The notes under the pieces are model-generated. The model did not search any database, was not told the origin of the DNA, and was given only the letters and a program-made list of their open reading frames with translations. The position numbers were made by a program, and so were the translations under genes. A stretch of 64,000 nt of DNA from IMG/VR virus record IMGVR_UViG_3300042090_002148; one strand, written 5' to 3'. The stretch is from a virus. Shown piece after piece: positions 18,543 through 27,969 of this stretch; within the stretch, counting starts at the first letter, position 1; every line of letters begins with the position of its first letter.

Positions 18543-19076
18543 CTACTTCATCTCCTCCGCCAACAACCCACGCACGCGTTCTAGCTCCTCGTTCGTGTGC
18601 ACGACCCCGCCGCTGTTGAGGTCTAGGTACCACTGGAGCACCTCGGCTCGCGTGTCGAGGTCGTTCACGTGCCACTTGAAGCCGGCCTGGGTGATGCGGA
18701 GGCTGTCGGTGTAGTCACTGAACCGGTACTTGCCAAAGATGACGAGTTCGCTGCGCAAGAACTTGGTCACCGCCTGAAGGCGCTGCTTGCCATCTACGAG
18801 GACGAAGTCCTTTACGCCCCCACGGTCCCAGCGAGGGCAGTTCGTGTAGATGTCCTTGCCACTGGCGCCACCGCGCAGGATGAACTCGACGTAGCGCACC
18901 TGCTTCTGTTCGTCCCACACGTGAGCGCGCTGGAAGTCGGGATCCAGGTCGAGGCCGTCCCTCTCGGTATAGCCACGCAGTGCCTCGAGGAGATAGCTCC
19001 AGGAGATGTCGACCTGATAGCTCGCGGTCCGAGTGAACTGCGGGATGTCACGGAAACGAGGGCCTACGCGGGCCAT
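18543..19076 (-). CDS. DUF262 (GmrSD N-terminal, ParB-like) domain protein
   Basis: LDLDPDFQRAHVWD...LVDGKQRL motifs. Confidence 0.8.
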   Translation of the reverse strand: MARVGPRFRDIPQFTRTASYQVDISWSYLLEALRGYTERDGLDLDPDFQRAHVWDEQKQVRYVEFILRGGASGKDIYTNCPRWDRGGVKDFVLVDGKQRLQAVTKFLRSELVIFGKYRFSDYTDSLRITQAGFKWHVNDLDTRAEVLQWYLDLNSGGVVHTNEELERVRGLLAEEMK

Positions 19077-19079
19077 CGG

Positions 19080-19790
19080 CTAGTGCCCGTAGTTGCAACC
19101 CAGGATGTACTTCTTGCCATCGGGTCCATCGAGAACCTCCTCATGGCTGCCGCAGCAGCCGCTGTCACGTTGCTTCTTGAAGCGGCGCATCTGGCTCGGG
19201 CTCTTGAGCAAGGCCACGCGGCAGTTGTCCATGCAGTCGAGCTCGAGCTGCGCAAAGTAGGCGTTGGCCCAGCGCACAACGTCGCCGGGCAGCACCTCGT
19301 CCCAGCTCTTCGCCCAGCTGGCGCAACGCGCAGCCGCGATGGCCTCACGCGCAGCGACCCAGAAGACGTGGGCAGATCCTTCGTGAGCGGGACGCCGAAG
19401 GTGACGCAGCGCCCGCATGTTGTCGGCAGTGGAGAGCTTGAGGTCCACGGGGCCGAGCTCAATGGTCATCTGGGGGCACAGGAAGGAGTGCTTCTTGTCC
19501 TTCCACGTCCAGTGCAAGAACAGCGCGCCGTTCGTCACACGAAAAGCGAAGCGCTGACCCCGATCGTCGAGCAGCGTCCACTTCTCCTTGGGCTCTGGGC
19601 GGTACTTCACCGGTCGCTTGAGCAGGACCGTCTGCTGGCGGATCTCCGCGAAGATGTGCGCCATCTCCGCGGGATCCTCCAGCTTGAAGCGGCCCTCGCG
19701 TCTTGCCCACTTCATCGGCTTCAGCGCAGCCGCTGTTTGGTGCATCGCCAAGCGCTTGTACTCACCCGGGTCCATCGCCGTCGACCCCAT
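19080..19790 (-). CDS. hypothetical protein
   Basis: 236-aa ORF ending GCCGSHE...GCNYGH. Confidence 0.65.
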   Translation of the reverse strand: MGSTAMDPGEYKRLAMHQTAAALKPMKWARREGRFKLEDPAEMAHIFAEIRQQTVLLKRPVKYRPEPKEKWTLLDDRGQRFAFRVTNGALFLHWTWKDKKHSFLCPQMTIELGPVDLKLSTADNMRALRHLRRPAHEGSAHVFWVAAREAIAAARCASWAKSWDEVLPGDVVRWANAYFAQLELDCMDNCRVALLKSPSQMRRFKKQRDSGCCGSHEEVLDGPDGKKYILGCNYGH

Positions 19791-20037
19791 CGAGCTCGCG
19801 CTCGATGAGCTGCTGCACCTCGAAGCGGCTCATCGAGTGGTTGCGTAGCTCCTTGCGGGTACGGCGCATCGCCTCGAGGAGCTGAGTGCAGCGCTTCTGG
19901 GTGTTCGTGAGGTTCGTGAACATCGCCTGGTACTCAGGGTGCGCGCGCACCTTGTCGAGCTCGGCGGTGCACGGTAGGTGGTCACGGTAGTCCTCGGCCG
20001 TGCGGAACTGCTGTCCGCAGGTGCACTCCTTCTCCAT
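19762..20037 (-). CDS. hypothetical protein (C2H2-like start)
   Basis: CTCG...DHLPC then coiled coil. Confidence 0.6.
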   Translation of the reverse strand: MEKECTCGQQFRTAEDYRDHLPCTAELDKVRAHPEYQAMFTNLTNTQKRCTQLLEAMRRTRKELRNHSMSRFEVQQLIERELDGVDGDGPG

Positions 20038-20048
20038 GCATCTCCTGA

Positions 20049-20504
20049 CTAGAGCGCGATGAGCGCAGCGACGATCTTGATGATGGTCTCTGCAGGCTCC
20101 GCGTACTGTTCACACTTCTTGAGGATGTCGCAGACCTTCTCCCACCCAGACTTGTCGGTGACGAGTCCCAGGTCGATGTAGGTCTGCACGATGGCCTGCA
20201 GCTCGACGGGTGAGGCCTTCTTCAGCCCCACCACATCGGCCGCCTTGAGCGGGGTTTCCTGCTCGATGGCGACGATCATCTCCTGTTCGCTGAACAACTC
20301 TTCGGCCATGGCCATTCTCCTCAGCTGGTCGCCCACGCGGTCTCGCACGGCGGCTGTTACACCGCCATCATAGAGGAGAAGCTCGATCGTCGTCCTCGAG
20401 GTCTGGAAGAGCTTTGCTGTGCGCGTCTCACCGAGCTCGGCGCGTACTCTTCTTAGCCGGTCTCTTTCCGCCGGCTCGAGCTTGAGGTCGCGGGGCTGGG
20501 ACAT
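20049..20504 (-). CDS. hypothetical protein with N-terminal HTH-like segment
   Basis: LGETRTAKLFQTSRTTIE. Confidence 0.6.
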   Translation of the reverse strand: MSQPRDLKLEPAERDRLRRVRAELGETRTAKLFQTSRTTIELLLYDGGVTAAVRDRVGDQLRRMAMAEELFSEQEMIVAIEQETPLKAADVVGLKKASPVELQAIVQTYIDLGLVTDKSGWEKVCDILKKCEQYAEPAETIIKIVAALIAL

Positions 20505-20760
20505 CAGGTTCCTCCATGGGCTTGCGTCCGTCGTGGATGGCGATGGCCGCCTGACACTGCCTGCACTGACGGATCTCGGCGATGTGCTGAGGATTGCTGG
20601 CGAGCCACGGTTCCATGGCTGATGTATCAGCGGGCAGCAGTATCCTGCCGCATCCCGTCATGGCGGGCGGTCCGCGGGTCGGCTCAGGAAGCGTGACAAA
20701 GTGCGCAGACTCCTTGCCTGCGTCGCTCAGGATGTACCAGCCCTCTTTCTTCTCGCTCAT
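20428..20760 (-). CDS. hypothetical protein
   Basis: GGGAG SD; C...CRQC. Confidence 0.5.
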   Translation of the reverse strand: MSEKKEGWYILSDAGKESAHFVTLPEPTRGPPAMTGCGRILLPADTSAMEPWLASNPQHIAEIRQCRQCQAAIAIHDGRKPMEEPDVPAPRPQARAGGKRPAKKSTRRAR

Positions 20761-20769
20761 GTTCTCTCC

Positions 20770-21249
20770 CTAGTGAATGACCTCGCCCTTGTACGAGGGC
20801 TTCCGCCGGTTACCGTACACCGAGACGACGGCTGCTTGTGTTCTCTTCCACGCGCGCTCCTGCCATCCCTCGTCCTTGAAGCGCTTCACCGGATCGAACG
20901 AGGGGTAGGGTGTCACGTACGCGTTCGCGTAGCCGTCCGCAGTCTCGTCCTGGAGATTGAACGAGATGGCCGGTCGCCAACCTAGTCCCGTGAGGGCACC
21001 CATGGTCTCGGTGGGCTCGGCGACCAGCGAGCAATGCTTCACGGACTCATCGAACTGCTTCCGCGTCAGCTCCTCTGCACAGAGCTTCCGATGCTTGCCC
21101 TTGGCCCAGCGACCCTCAAGATGGGCCAGGTCGTACTGCTCATCGCCCTCGGTCTGTTGCCACAGTCGGCGCTGGTTCTTCGGGGGCATGAAGTAGCCCA
21201 CGGGCTGCGACCACGGGCAGTCGAAAGAGTAAATTACGGAAAACATCAT
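20770..21249 (-). CDS. hypothetical protein
   Basis: ATG 21249 overlaps the thyX stop region. Confidence 0.65.
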   Translation of the reverse strand: MMFSVIYSFDCPWSQPVGYFMPPKNQRRLWQQTEGDEQYDLAHLEGRWAKGKHRKLCAEELTRKQFDESVKHCSLVAEPTETMGALTGLGWRPAISFNLQDETADGYANAYVTPYPSFDPVKRFKDEGWQERAWKRTQAAVVSVYGNRRKPSYKGEVIH

Positions 21250-22061
21250 CCTGTCTTGCCCTCCATGAAGAGCGCCACTGTGCGCGGAAAGATGCCACCC
21301 AGGATCGTCTGCACGACCTGCGCGTATTGGCGGATCTCCCATTGGGCGTTCTTGTCGTTCCGCAGCGTGAGAAAGCCCAACCAGTTGCGAAGATTGGCGC
21401 TAGCCCTCATGCGAGAGTAGCGACCCACCGGCATAGCTACTCGTGCGAGCTCTTTGGGTATGCCGGCAGAGAGCGCCTCTTGATAGAACTTCTCCGAGTC
21501 TTCGTACTGCCTCTTGAGGTATTTACGGAATGCCTCTGCGGTCTCTGGCGTAAGCTCAACCGCGTCCTTTACGGTGCCCGCCTGCTTGTTGGTGCTGCCG
21601 GCGTTGATCATGAGGCGTTCTACGCTGGGAACGTAGTTCACGTCCGGTAGCGGGGCGTAACGGGCGGACATCTCGTTGTAGCTCTGAGTACGGTGGCGAT
21701 GCCACTCACGGAACACGAAGATGGGGGCCATCACCTCGAAAGTTGCGCCGCCCATCTCGAAGGGTGTCATGTGCTTGTTCGCGTAGAGGAAGGCAAGGAG
21801 CTTCTCGTCACCTGACCTCTTACCTGTGCCTCCGCAAGCGATGCACTTCATCGTGGATGCGTCGACGTAGTGCGGCAGAAACGCACTGCTACACGAGGGG
21901 CAGTTCTCTGTGCCTCCCCATCCGAGAAAACCCTTGCCTGTGCTCATACGTGCCGCTGCTACGAGTGCAGCATCGCCTGCGGCATCTTCGACCGATAGGC
22001 GCCCCCAGGTATCAATGAGCTGCACGTACCCATAGTCCAGTACTTTCACTTGCTCAGTCAT
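21246..22061 (-). CDS. thyX: FAD-dependent thymidylate synthase
   Basis: HMTPFE, REWHRHRTQSYNEMSARY (RHRx7-S-R signature), KELARVAMP, LRNDKNAQWEIR. Confidence 0.95.
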   Translation of the reverse strand: MTEQVKVLDYGYVQLIDTWGRLSVEDAAGDAALVAAARMSTGKGFLGWGGTENCPSCSSAFLPHYVDASTMKCIACGGTGKRSGDEKLLAFLYANKHMTPFEMGGATFEVMAPIFVFREWHRHRTQSYNEMSARYAPLPDVNYVPSVERLMINAGSTNKQAGTVKDAVELTPETAEAFRKYLKRQYEDSEKFYQEALSAGIPKELARVAMPVGRYSRMRASANLRNWLGFLTLRNDKNAQWEIRQYAQVVQTILGGIFPRTVALFMEGKTG

Positions 22062-22731
22062 TATGTTTGTCCTTGTTGTTCCGGATACGCCACAACATCT
22101 TGCGACTCACGCCGAATGCCATCGCAAGCTGCGCATCTGTCTCTTTACTCAGGCGCCCTATCAGTAGTTGTCGTTGTATCGGTGACAGCTTGAAGGTCAC
22201 TACCTCACGTAGACCTGCTCGGATGTTTTCACGATGTTCCGCACTCAATGGGCCGTACTTGCGGCTCGTACGAATGCGCTCACGTTGTTCTGGCGTGCGC
22301 ATCACGCCTTTCTTGGCCACGCTGATCTTGCGCCGTGTCTCTGCGGATGGTGGCCCCATCTTCACACCTGTCTTGGTGGCAGAGATCTTCCTACGGACCT
22401 CTTCGCTCATGGCGTTATTCCCGCCGTCTCCACCAGCACTCATGTTGTAGCCTACGGCTCGATCATCTGATCGGTACGCTCCGATGTGAAAACGTTCTCG
22501 GTCGTTCGCTTCTGCAACCACGCATTCTTCCAGTAGCTGCTGAGTGAATGCGTCCTTGCCGTACTTACAGATAGCGTGCGCCAGGTGGGTGCGTATGCCG
22601 CGGCGCACAGCGGACGCCACGTGCATACCCCATCGCTCGTTGATGCTTCGCCGCGTCTGCCCGATGTAGATCTTCCCCGTAACAATGCACGTCAGAAGAT
22701 AGATGCGAGCATGGGTCGCCTTTGCTTTCAT
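22054..22731 (-). mobile_element. GIY-YIG homing endonuclease with NUMOD3 repeats
   Basis: IYLLTCIVTGKIYIGQT...ERWGMH, YN..GGDG, SEEVRRKIS and SAETRRKIS repeats; free-standing upstream of thyX. Confidence 0.85.
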
Positions 22732-22755
22732 AGCTCTCCTTTCGTGCGCTGTACG

Positions 22756-23376
22756 TCAGGTCTTCCGGCCAGGGAACTTAGTCTCGAGCTCGCTCTTCAT
22801 CGCCGAGATGATGGCTGGCTTGCTCTTGCGGATCTCTTCCGCGATCTCGTGGTCCTTCTTCTCCGCCTCGAGCTCGGCCTTCAAGAGCTTCTGGAAGCGC
22901 GGGAAGATGACGTTGCAGAACTGAGTGCACTGCACCTCGGGGACTTGGATGAAGTGGCGACCTGCCTCCTCGAGGTGCGTGAAACCCATCCAGTCATCGA
23001 AGCCCGCCTCTTCATCCAGGTCGAAGGACAACCCGCTCTCGGGGTCCTCCCCTGCGAGGAGCTTCTCCTCGAACGCCTTGTCCTCGGGGTCCTCTACCTT
23101 GTCGATGGCCTGGCGGATGGAGGCGCGCGTCGCCTCGGGGTCGTAGACGCGCTTGTCAGGGCGCTCCATCATCAGCTTGTCGAACAGGTAGTCTGGACGG
23201 ATGCCGAGGAGGAACGCGCGGAACTCCTTGCCAGGATGGGACCACACGTAGACGTAGTTTCCGTGGTCGCTGGCTGTCGCGAAGAAGCCAAGGTCGGTGT
23301 CAATAACGATAACGCACCAACCCTCACCCTTGACGCTGTCGACCTTGTACTTTCGCAGCATGCTCACCTCTTGCAC
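22756..23376 (-). CDS. hypothetical protein
   Basis: 206-aa ORF. Confidence 0.7.
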   Translation of the reverse strand: MQEVSMLRKYKVDSVKGEGWCVIVIDTDLGFFATASDHGNYVYVWSHPGKEFRAFLLGIRPDYLFDKLMMERPDKRVYDPEATRASIRQAIDKVEDPEDKAFEEKLLAGEDPESGLSFDLDEEAGFDDWMGFTHLEEAGRHFIQVPEVQCTQFCNVIFPRFQKLLKAELEAEKKDHEIAEEIRKSKPAIISAMKSELETKFPGRKT

Positions 23377-23627
23377 TTGATGCCCGAGTCGTCTGCGCCG
23401 GCGTCCACCCCGTAGTCGGCCAGCACCTTGCTCACGGCGCAGTACGCGGCGCGAACCTCTTGGCCCTCGACGCTCTCAGCTCCCGTGTGCTGGTAGGCCA
23501 GGCCGGTGTCGACGCGTGCGTTCATCAGGTTCTTCGCCGCCGCCGGCGAGAGCACAGCCCCACCCCCGCAGCCTGCGAGGAAGCCGAGGATGGCGGTGTG
23601 CGTGATGGTCCACTTGAACTTCTTCAT
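23364..23627 (-). CDS. putative lipoprotein
   Basis: MKKFK...AILGFLAGC lipobox; GGAG SD before ATG 23627. Confidence 0.65.
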   Translation of the reverse strand: MKKFKWTITHTAILGFLAGCGGGAVLSPAAAKNLMNARVDTGLAYQHTGAESVEGQEVRAAYCAVSKVLADYGVDAGADDSGIKCKR

Positions 23628-23656
23628 GGGAGCTCCTTCGACGTCTCGAGAGAACG

Positions 23657-23884
23657 TCAGCATGTGCGGTCCGGTACGGCTGCAGCCATCTCGTCGCTGG
23701 AGCACTGCTCTCGCCAGCACAGCTGGCACCAGGCAATGTCCACCGCGGTGCTCGTGTTGTGCGGCATCGAGAGCGGAACGGTGACGCGCACACGGGCGTT
23801 GCCTGCGAGCAGCTTCACGCCGCATCGGCAGCAGACGTGGTCGACCTGCAGCGTGACGAGCTTGGGCTCGGGTGCTTCTCTCAT
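23657..23884 (-). CDS. zinc-finger hypothetical protein
   Basis: CCRCG...CQLC. Confidence 0.55.
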   Translation of the reverse strand: MREAPEPKLVTLQVDHVCCRCGVKLLAGNARVRVTVPLSMPHNTSTAVDIAWCQLCWREQCSSDEMAAAVPDRTC

Positions 23885-24312
23885 CCATTCCCTCCTTGGT
23901 ACCACCGCGCGTTGCGCAGCCTGCTGGTGTAGTCGGCGATCCACGCCATGGCCTCCTGGACAGTTGGGAAGCGCGCGATGGTGTCGTGCACGCCGGCGAG
24001 CATCTGGATGGCGTAGTCGTGCACGTACTGCGTGGGCGGGAAGTTCATCGGCGCGTACGTCTGCAGCGCGTCGACGAGCCGCTGGTACGACCCAGGGCTC
24101 GGACTTCCGTTCCTCTGGGACTCCGAGAGCACCAGCCAGGCCGCGTTGGCAACGCGCTCGGTGTCGCGCCAGCTGCGCATGAACTCGATGAACTTGTCAG
24201 CGAGCTGCTCCTGCGTGAGTGTCTTCGTGAAGTACTCCTTCACCTGCCCTTCGTCCGCGGCTTCATAGCCACGAATCTCGTCGATGGGCATCCGCCGTTG
24301 TTTTGCTGCCAT
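23881..24312 (-). CDS. hypothetical protein
   Basis: GGAGG SD then ATG 24312. Confidence 0.7.
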   Translation of the reverse strand: MAAKQRRMPIDEIRGYEAADEGQVKEYFTKTLTQEQLADKFIEFMRSWRDTERVANAAWLVLSESQRNGSPSPGSYQRLVDALQTYAPMNFPPTQYVHDYAIQMLAGVHDTIARFPTVQEAMAWIADYTSRLRNARWYQGGNG

Positions 24313-24425
24313 GATCCTCCAGGGAGCGCGTGAAGCGTCCAAGATCCTTGTGCCGCAAGTCAGGCAGGAGTTGTAGCGTGAAGCTCTAGAGCTCCGGACG
24401 TTGACGCGTCGCGAAGCTCTTCTTT

Positions 24426-25097
24426 TCAGTAGAACGTATCCCCCTCGTCCGTGGGTTCTTCGAAAGACATGCCGTCAGGAAGACTGTACGTGTCCTCGCC
24501 TTCAGTGGTGGCTAGGATGCGCGTTCGGTAGCTAGTCGGCCTTCCGACGCTCATCACGTGCCGTGGCGTCAGCTTTCTGATGTGCGCGCGCGAGGTCTCC
24601 GGGTCTAGGCCTAGTTGCTCACACACGACAAGGAAACTGGTACTGACCTTCTCCTCTCTCACGCGCAAGGCCCAGCTCGGATGCCCCGGTGCTTCGACGA
24701 ACAGCCACTCGAACGCCTGATCCGCAAGCTGTCTCTGCAGCAACCGCGTACTGGAGCGATACAGCACCCAGTCGAAGGCGGCGCGACGAATCAACTCCAG
24801 CATCAACCCCCGGCAACCCTCGACCTCCTGCCGCAGCAGCTCTTCTTCGTACGGGGTGCGCCGGACGTAGGGGGTACGCTCCACGGGCCGGCGAATGACG
24901 ATGATGTCTGGAGCCTGTGGCTCCGGATCCCATGCCGAGGGAGCGAGCTCCACCTCGGGAAGGGCCACTAGGGCAGGCGGCGGGAGGACCACCAGCGCGC
25001 GCGCCGGAGGCAGCACGAGCTCAGGGGTGACTAGGCGTGTGTCTCGGGCAGCACCCAGAACCGCAGAACGAATGAGGGCGGAGGGGGTAAGCAGCAC
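24426..25097 (-). CDS. hypothetical protein
   Basis: 223-aa ORF; start uncertain. Confidence 0.6.
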   Translation of the reverse strand: MLLTPSALIRSAVLGAARDTRLVTPELVLPPARALVVLPPPALVALPEVELAPSAWDPEPQAPDIIVIRRPVERTPYVRRTPYEEELLRQEVEGCRGLMLELIRRAAFDWVLYRSSTRLLQRQLADQAFEWLFVEAPGHPSWALRVREEKVSTSFLVVCEQLGLDPETSRAHIRKLTPRHVMSVGRPTSYRTRILATTEGEDTYSLPDGMSFEEPTDEGDTFY

Positions 25098-25100
25098 GGG

Positions 25101-26066
25101 CTACGAGGCTGTGACGAGGACGTCGAGGGGCTGGCCTAGGATCGGTGCATAGGGGAAGCTGACGACGCTGCGGTCCGTGCGCTTGATGCAGATCTGCGCG
25201 GTGCCCGGCGCCCCTGCCTGAAGTGTGATTGTTCGTTCACGCTGGTTCAAGACGAAGCCCACGACGCCCTGGTCGGTGGTGCTGTACCGGACGTCCCCGT
25301 AGCCCGTGCCGAGCTCCTGGCCATCCGAGGCAAGGACCTGGATGCCGATGGTCTGGCTCGTACCCGCGACCAACGCGTAGGGCGGGGGCGGGGTGAGCAC
25401 CACCTCCACGACGCGCGGGAAGATGAGGTCCGGCATGTTCACGTTCGGCTGGTCGGGCACCGTGATGGTCCGGGTGATGTCCTCCTCCCCCTGGATGGTC
25501 ACGTCGTACTGCGCGTTCCTGAAGAGGTTGACCTGCGCGTAGCCGTTCCGGTCCGAGGAGATGACGACGCGCTCCTTGAGGACTGCCGAGCCATCCACCA
25601 GGAGGGGGTCGAACTTCGCGACGAAGTGGATCTGGATGCCCTTCTGCGCCGCACCCGTCATGTCGCGGAAGTAGCCTGAAGCCACGCAGAGCCGGCTGTC
25701 GTTGGCGTCCGGCGGCTGCATGATGGTGCCGACCACGTTGAACGCGTTCACCACCGGGGGCACCGGCGCGGAGACGACCTGGATGTACTGCGGCAGGAAG
25801 AACGAAGTCCCGAACTGGTAGGCACGCAGTTGGTACGTGGTGCTCGGAGATGCCGCTGGGAGAAGAAAGCCTACGTGACCGTTCGTGTCGGTCGTTCCCA
25901 TCGTGAAGGCTTGGGTGCCGTCCTGGGAGAGAATCTTGACGACAGCCCCGACGAGTGGGTTCGCGTTCGGTGTGTTGTCCACCAAGTAGATGTCGACTGA
26001 CTCGTACGTCACCGGGGCACCTGTTCTGACAGTCGTTGTATTAGCCCCATCGTCATGTTCCGACAA
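25101..26066 (-). CDS. virion structural protein, beta-sandwich domains
   Basis: PLVGAVVKI...GTTDTNGHVGFLL prealbumin/carboxypeptidase-regulatory-like pattern; paralog of 26255-27259. Confidence 0.6.
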   Translation of the reverse strand: MSEHDDGANTTTVRTGAPVTYESVDIYLVDNTPNANPLVGAVVKILSQDGTQAFTMGTTDTNGHVGFLLPAASPSTTYQLRAYQFGTSFFLPQYIQVVSAPVPPVVNAFNVVGTIMQPPDANDSRLCVASGYFRDMTGAAQKGIQIHFVAKFDPLLVDGSAVLKERVVISSDRNGYAQVNLFRNAQYDVTIQGEEDITRTITVPDQPNVNMPDLIFPRVVEVVLTPPPPYALVAGTSQTIGIQVLASDGQELGTGYGDVRYSTTDQGVVGFVLNQRERTITLQAGAPGTAQICIKRTDRSVVSFPYAPILGQPLDVLVTAS

Positions 26067-26254
26067 GAACCATCGGGCATCGCCGGAAAGATGTCCAGAT
26101 AGACTTGGAGGGCCCGAAGAACGGAGAGGGCCTCGGCCTTCCGCCCTGGTTGCGCCTCCAGGTCTTTCGCGAGAGCGACGCAGTGCCGGAACACGTCCTT
26201 GGTCTGCTGGGACGACATGAGCACCTCGCTTCGGGGCGATTCTTACACGTGCAC

Positions 26255-27259
26255 CTAGAAACTCCTACGAACGGCATAATCAAGGGTAGGTGCTTGCACG
26301 GAAAACAAGTCGTCCTTCCCTACGGAGGGACTCAGCAGGTCGAGGGCCAAGACCGACGGGTCCCTCGGGATGCAGACGTCGCGCGCGAGCCCGGTCCCGC
26401 CGATGGCCACCGTGACCTTGATGCCGCGCGTCAGAAGGATCTGGGCGCGGCCGTTGTTGTCGGTCAGGAGGGTGGTGTTGGTTCCGAGGATGGTGGCGCC
26501 CCCCACCTGCAGCCCCTGCGTATCCGCGGTGCTGATGAGAACCTCCTGATTGGCCAGAGGATTCCCGCTGGAGTCGGCGAGCTGCACGAAGCAGGCGACC
26601 AGCTGGTTCGAGTTGAAGACCGGTGCGTTCGGGCCCTGAAGGGGGAGGCTGAAGTCACTGCCGAGGCGCTTGGCCGAGTTCCAGAAGCGGGTCTCATAGA
26701 AGAACTCCGGGCTCCCGTAGGCGTCGACGAAGCCGTACTGCGCCTGCTGCGGGACCAGCAGGATGCGCGCGTCCTGCCCGTAGGCGGTGGACTCGAAGCC
26801 GGTGACAGCGAGCCCAAGGAAGGGTGCGGCCTGTCCGCCGGTGCACTGCAGGGAGGTGATGGCCCCCACGCGCTTGGTCTGCACCACGAGGGTGGAGCCC
26901 GACGAGTAGCTAGAGAGAAAGTTCGAGGCCGCCGCGGCGACCGCTGCGACGACCGAGGCCATCGAGACTAACCCCGAGCCCGGGATGACCACCGAGACGG
27001 GAAACTGGTCCATGACCAGGAACTGGAGGTCGAGCCCTCCGACATTCACGAGCTGGGTGCCGTCGTCTGGAGCTCCCGTGAAGCCGAGGGGGAGAGATGC
27101 CGGCGCCCAGGTGTCTCCGTGCAGGGCCTCGTAGGGCCCCTCGGGAGTCTGCCTGGAGCGCCAGACCTCGAGACGGTCGTACCCCTGCCAGCTTGCTGGC
27201 TCGAACACGAAGTTGAGCGGAAGCTGCTGGGTGATGATGGGGGACGACCGGCGCATCAC
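26255..27259 (-). CDS. virion structural protein
   Basis: C-terminal TDNNGRAQILLTRG...RDVCIP matches SDRNGYAQVNLFRN...RTITVP of the neighbouring gene. Confidence 0.6.
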   Translation of the reverse strand: MMRRSSPIITQQLPLNFVFEPASWQGYDRLEVWRSRQTPEGPYEALHGDTWAPASLPLGFTGAPDDGTQLVNVGGLDLQFLVMDQFPVSVVIPGSGLVSMASVVAAVAAAASNFLSSYSSGSTLVVQTKRVGAITSLQCTGGQAAPFLGLAVTGFESTAYGQDARILLVPQQAQYGFVDAYGSPEFFYETRFWNSAKRLGSDFSLPLQGPNAPVFNSNQLVACFVQLADSSGNPLANQEVLISTADTQGLQVGGATILGTNTTLLTDNNGRAQILLTRGIKVTVAIGGTGLARDVCIPRDPSVLALDLLSPSVGKDDLFSVQAPTLDYAVRRSF

Positions 27260-27630
27260 GTAGCCGGCGCCTCGGGCGTAGGCTCGACGGAAGATCCCGC
27301 GAGCTCGGCTTCGAGCTGGGTGGGAGTCGACGGGGCTGAGGGCTTGGTCGGGAGAGAGGGCACCATGATCATCCCATCCTCCTTGAGCTGCGTGCCAGGT
27401 CCGAGCGGGACCTTGTACTTCAGCTGCATCCGCGCCTGCAGCGCCACGAGCTGACTGTTCATCTCTCGGCGCAGTGCATCAGCATCGCGCACCGCGACCA
27501 TCGCCAGGTCGTACGTCTTCTGTGCGTTCACGAGCTTGAGGGCCGCGATCTCGATGGCCTGGCGGTCCACTTCCTCGATCTTCACGCCGCTGGGCACGAG
27601 AGGCCCAGACACCTGCATCTTGTCGTTCAT
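27256..27630 (-). CDS. hypothetical protein
   Basis: GGGAG SD then ATG 27630. Confidence 0.6.
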   Translation of the reverse strand: MNDKMQVSGPLVPSGVKIEEVDRQAIEIAALKLVNAQKTYDLAMVAVRDADALRREMNSQLVALQARMQLKYKVPLGPGTQLKEDGMIMVPSLPTKPSAPSTPTQLEAELAGSSVEPTPEAPAT

Positions 27631-27665
27631 GTAGCTCCCATTGTCCCGCGCCCGCTGTGAACCCG

Positions 27666-27887
27666 TCAACTTCCCCCGGTGAGGAAGTCGCTGATGGAGT
27701 TCACGACGAGCGCGGATGTTGTGCTGACCGCGGATTGTGGAAGGGATGCAGAACCGGTGCGGCCGGTGAGGATGTTCTGCAACACGGTGACCTGGTTGTT
27801 GATGGTCGTGGTCTGCGCGGTGGCCCAGGCCTGGGTCGCGGCGACCAGTGCATCGAGACGAGCGTTGCGAGCTGCTGCGTCAGCCAT
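27666..27887 (-). CDS. small A/T/S-rich protein, probably structural
   Basis: 73 aa, GGAGG SD. Confidence 0.6.
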   Translation of the reverse strand: MADAAARNARLDALVAATQAWATAQTTTINNQVTVLQNILTGRTGSASLPQSAVSTTSALVVNSISDFLTGGS

Positions 27888-27969
27888 CCTCCGAGTCTAC
27901 CTCAGTTTTCGCCCGACGTGCGTTCGGGCACCCACGCTCGTGGGTAGCTTCTTCAGCTCCGCCTTGGTT

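Noticed and set aside
21822-21902. Intein or intron in thyX
   Set aside because: The insert is only about 27 aa, in frame, with no C1/His-Asn splice motifs or group I core.
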